This document shows, in pieces, positions 62,192 through 64,000 of a DNA stretch of 64,000 nt (within the stretch, counting starts at the first letter, position 1; the number at the start of each line of letters is the position of its first letter). The DNA comes from an uncultured candidate division Zixibacteria bacterium (GTDB taxonomy: Bacteria; Zixibacteria; MSB-5A5; UBA10806; 4484-95), in NCBI GenBank assembly GCA_963668625.2, contig CAXXKA010000010.1, forward strand, positions 96,001 through 160,000, in the 5' to 3' direction. The notes under the pieces are model-generated. The model was not told the origin of the DNA. It did not search any database and saw only the letters and a list, made by a program, of their open reading frames with translations. Position numbers and translations under genes: made by a program.

Positions 62192-62224
62192 AAGCCGTCC
62201 TTAATCGTAGGGGCGGTTTTTTTT
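62192..62224 (+). terminator. metG terminator
   Basis: AAGCCGTCCT / GGGGCGGTTT plus T-run. Confidence 0.8.
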
Positions 62225-62358
62225 ATTGATCTTAAAATACACCGCTCTACCCGGTGTGTACGTTTAAAGCGAAGCATTTGTAGAAAAACATAGTTATCCA
62301 CAGCGACGGCTGATTCTCTCAATAGCGTCACTATCCTATATCTGTCATTACCTCGGAG

Positions 62359-62506
62359 GGGGTTGTTGAAAAAGCCATTTGCATGAGTCGCTGGGCGGAC
62401 GGAGTCCTTTGTTCATCCTTTCCCGTCGATATACCGCATGAAATCAGGTGTCAGGAAAGGATTCCCGACACCACCGTTATCCAACAAGGACTTTTTCAAC
62501 AACCCC
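62359..62506 (+). mobile_element. MITE family B copy (148 bp, IS1182/IS5-like ends)
   Basis: Perfect 16-bp TIR GGGGTTGTTGAAAAAG / CTTTTTCAACAACCCC; 4-bp TSD GGAG at 62355-62358 and 62507-62510. Confidence 0.85.
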
Positions 62507-62663
62507 GGAGGAGGTAAACCAGTACGGCCTTCTCTTTTTATAACACTGGACTCTGTTCTATTAAGTTAGCTTATATGGAGGGGAGACAAAACGAAATATT
62601 TAGAATGCGGAGGGTTACAAAATCGGAGTTTTGTAACCAGTACAGCCCTTTCCCAACCCCCGG

Positions 62664-62686
62664 ATCCTGAATCAAGTTCAGGATGA
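62664..62686. repeat. REP-like palindrome
   Basis: ATCCTGAA-TCAAG-TTCAGGAT. Confidence 0.5.
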
Positions 62687-62984
62687 TATTGCCGGCTCTA
62701 GCAGGCAGGATAAAAGCCACTTGCCTTGTGTCCGGTGGCAGTTTAATTATATTAAAAACCGCTGGTTTTGCCGGTAGGTACATTTAAAGCGAGGCGTTAT
62801 TTTAACATCAAGTACATGATATATCATAATAATCGGTGGCCGGCAGACAGAGGAAATCGATTATGGTTATTTCCCTGTTACCCGAGTTGATAAGAGATTA
62901 TATATGGTATTATGATTACGTGAATCTAAACAATCATTAATATGAAAGTAATATTGATTTACGATTAATTATCGACTCAATAAA

Positions 62985-63013
62985 TAAACCCCCTCCGCTG
63001 AGAAGGGGGTTTA
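62985..63013 (-). terminator. Terminator-like hairpin after the last CDS
   Basis: TAAACCCCCT / AGGGGGTTTA. Confidence 0.65.
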
Positions 63014-63111
63014 AACTCCTGATTCTTTTCAATGCCAGCTATTTAAGATGTTCGCTGCATCTTAAATAGTTGCTCTTCTACTTCGCTTGCTTCACCTCCT
63101 ATTTTAGAATA

Positions 63112-63999
63112 CTACTTGAGTAATACCAGTTTCTCCATACTAACATCAATATTTTCATTATCCGCTTTAAGTTTAGCGAAATATATGCCGGAGGCAATCT
63201 TGTCGCCGGCGCCGTTGGTAGCGTTCCATACTACCTGATGGTATCCGGCATCGAGATAGCCGCTCACCAACTCGGTTACCTTACGGCCGGTGACATCGTA
63301 AATCGTAAGCGATACGTAATCGGCCTCGGGCATGGTAAACTCGATATTGGTGACCGGGTTGAACGGATTCGGGAAGCAGTTGGCGATACCGAACGTCTCC
63401 GGCAGCGGCATCTCGTACGATACCACGGTGTTGGCCAGCGCACCCTGGGCGCTCGAAACGTAAAGCTCGGAGGGCGAGAGGTGGAATCCGGTAGCGTTGT
63501 CTATTCTCAGTATATCCGATGAACCGGCCGGCAATGTCGCGCCGTTCTCGCTGTAGACCAGTACCCTGACTTTATCGTTCATTTCGGTTATCTCGACATT
63601 CATTTCAAGTTCACTGTTGTAGGTGATCGAATGATTAGCCAGATCGGGTATCGGTATCTCCAGCAACAATCCGCCGACCTCATATTCGGCCTCGACCTGA
63701 ATTATCGCCGAACCATCGCTTTGATGGGCCACTACCAGGTCGGTAGGTGTCGTGGGCGGCGCTATCTTGCCGAGTGTCGTGCTGCCGTTAATAACGTTTA
63801 TCATCATGATCAGGTCGGCAACCGAGGCTTCGATCTCATCCTCGTTAACATCCGAGGCCGCCATCTGAGCATCACTGAACGAGTATTGCATCGGATCGAT
63901 AAGATGGTTGGCCAGCAGTACAACATCGCCTACCTCGAACGGCAGACGGTTCATGTTAAGATCGCCGAGTACCAGGTCACAGTCATTTATCACGATAAT
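63112..63999 (-). CDS. Secreted protein C-terminus: dockerin-like repeats plus FlgD-Ig/T9SS-type sorting domain (5' end outside window)
   Basis: GDLNMN...GDVVLL and SDVNED...ADLIMM repeats; FPNPFNPVTNI, IYDVTGRKV, ASGIYF and terminal KLVLLK. Confidence 0.85.
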   Translation of the reverse strand: MIVINDCDLVLGDLNMNRLPFEVGDVVLLANHLIDPMQYSFSDAQMAASDVNEDEIEASVADLIMMINVINGSTTLGKIAPPTTPTDLVVAHQSDGSAIIQVEAEYEVGGLLLEIPIPDLANHSITYNSELEMNVEITEMNDKVRVLVYSENGATLPAGSSDILRIDNATGFHLSPSELYVSSAQGALANTVVSYEMPLPETFGIANCFPNPFNPVTNIEFTMPEADYVSLTIYDVTGRKVTELVSGYLDAGYHQVVWNATNGAGDKIASGIYFAKLKADNENIDVSMEKLVLLK

Positions 64000-64000
64000 C

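Noticed and set aside
62294-62302. Perfect DnaA box TTATCCACA (oriC?)
   Set aside because: Single box with no cluster and no dnaA/dnaN context.

Overview
Chromosomal window from an anaerobic or microaerophilic diderm bacterium, probably FCB group and Zixibacteria-like (inferred from a dockerin-repeat plus C-terminal sorting-domain protein and the overall gene content). Housekeeping and metabolic genes include cysK (partial), ygeY-like, xdhC, fabF, cydAB, amt, queG, nrdDG behind a cobalamin riboswitch, pdxST, ispHG, ftsEX-envC, holB-yaaT-metG and tRNA-fMet. They are interleaved with accessory loci: a TonB receptor/lipoprotein pair with 11-bp-phased repeats, a MarR-RND efflux system, a GT4/GT4/GH130/GH130 cluster, and AT-rich defence-like genes (SF1 helicase, SEC-C protein, Xre-M78/DUF4411 pair, PD-(D/E)xK-like protein). 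The most distinctive signal is non-coding. A 255-bp non-autonomous element with CACTAGTGTCCGG terminal inverted repeats and a pair of REP-like palindromes occurs four times; three copies have 9-bp target duplications and one cleanly splits the helicase gene. A second MITE family is nested with other REP types, and GTAG-REP clusters surround AT-rich genes. Also seen: an unannotated 41-aa Lys-rich ORF, a structured pdxS leader, and RHS and PhoB-like gene remnants. No transposase, integrase or CRISPR array was recognised. All calls come from reading the sequence; no searches were run.
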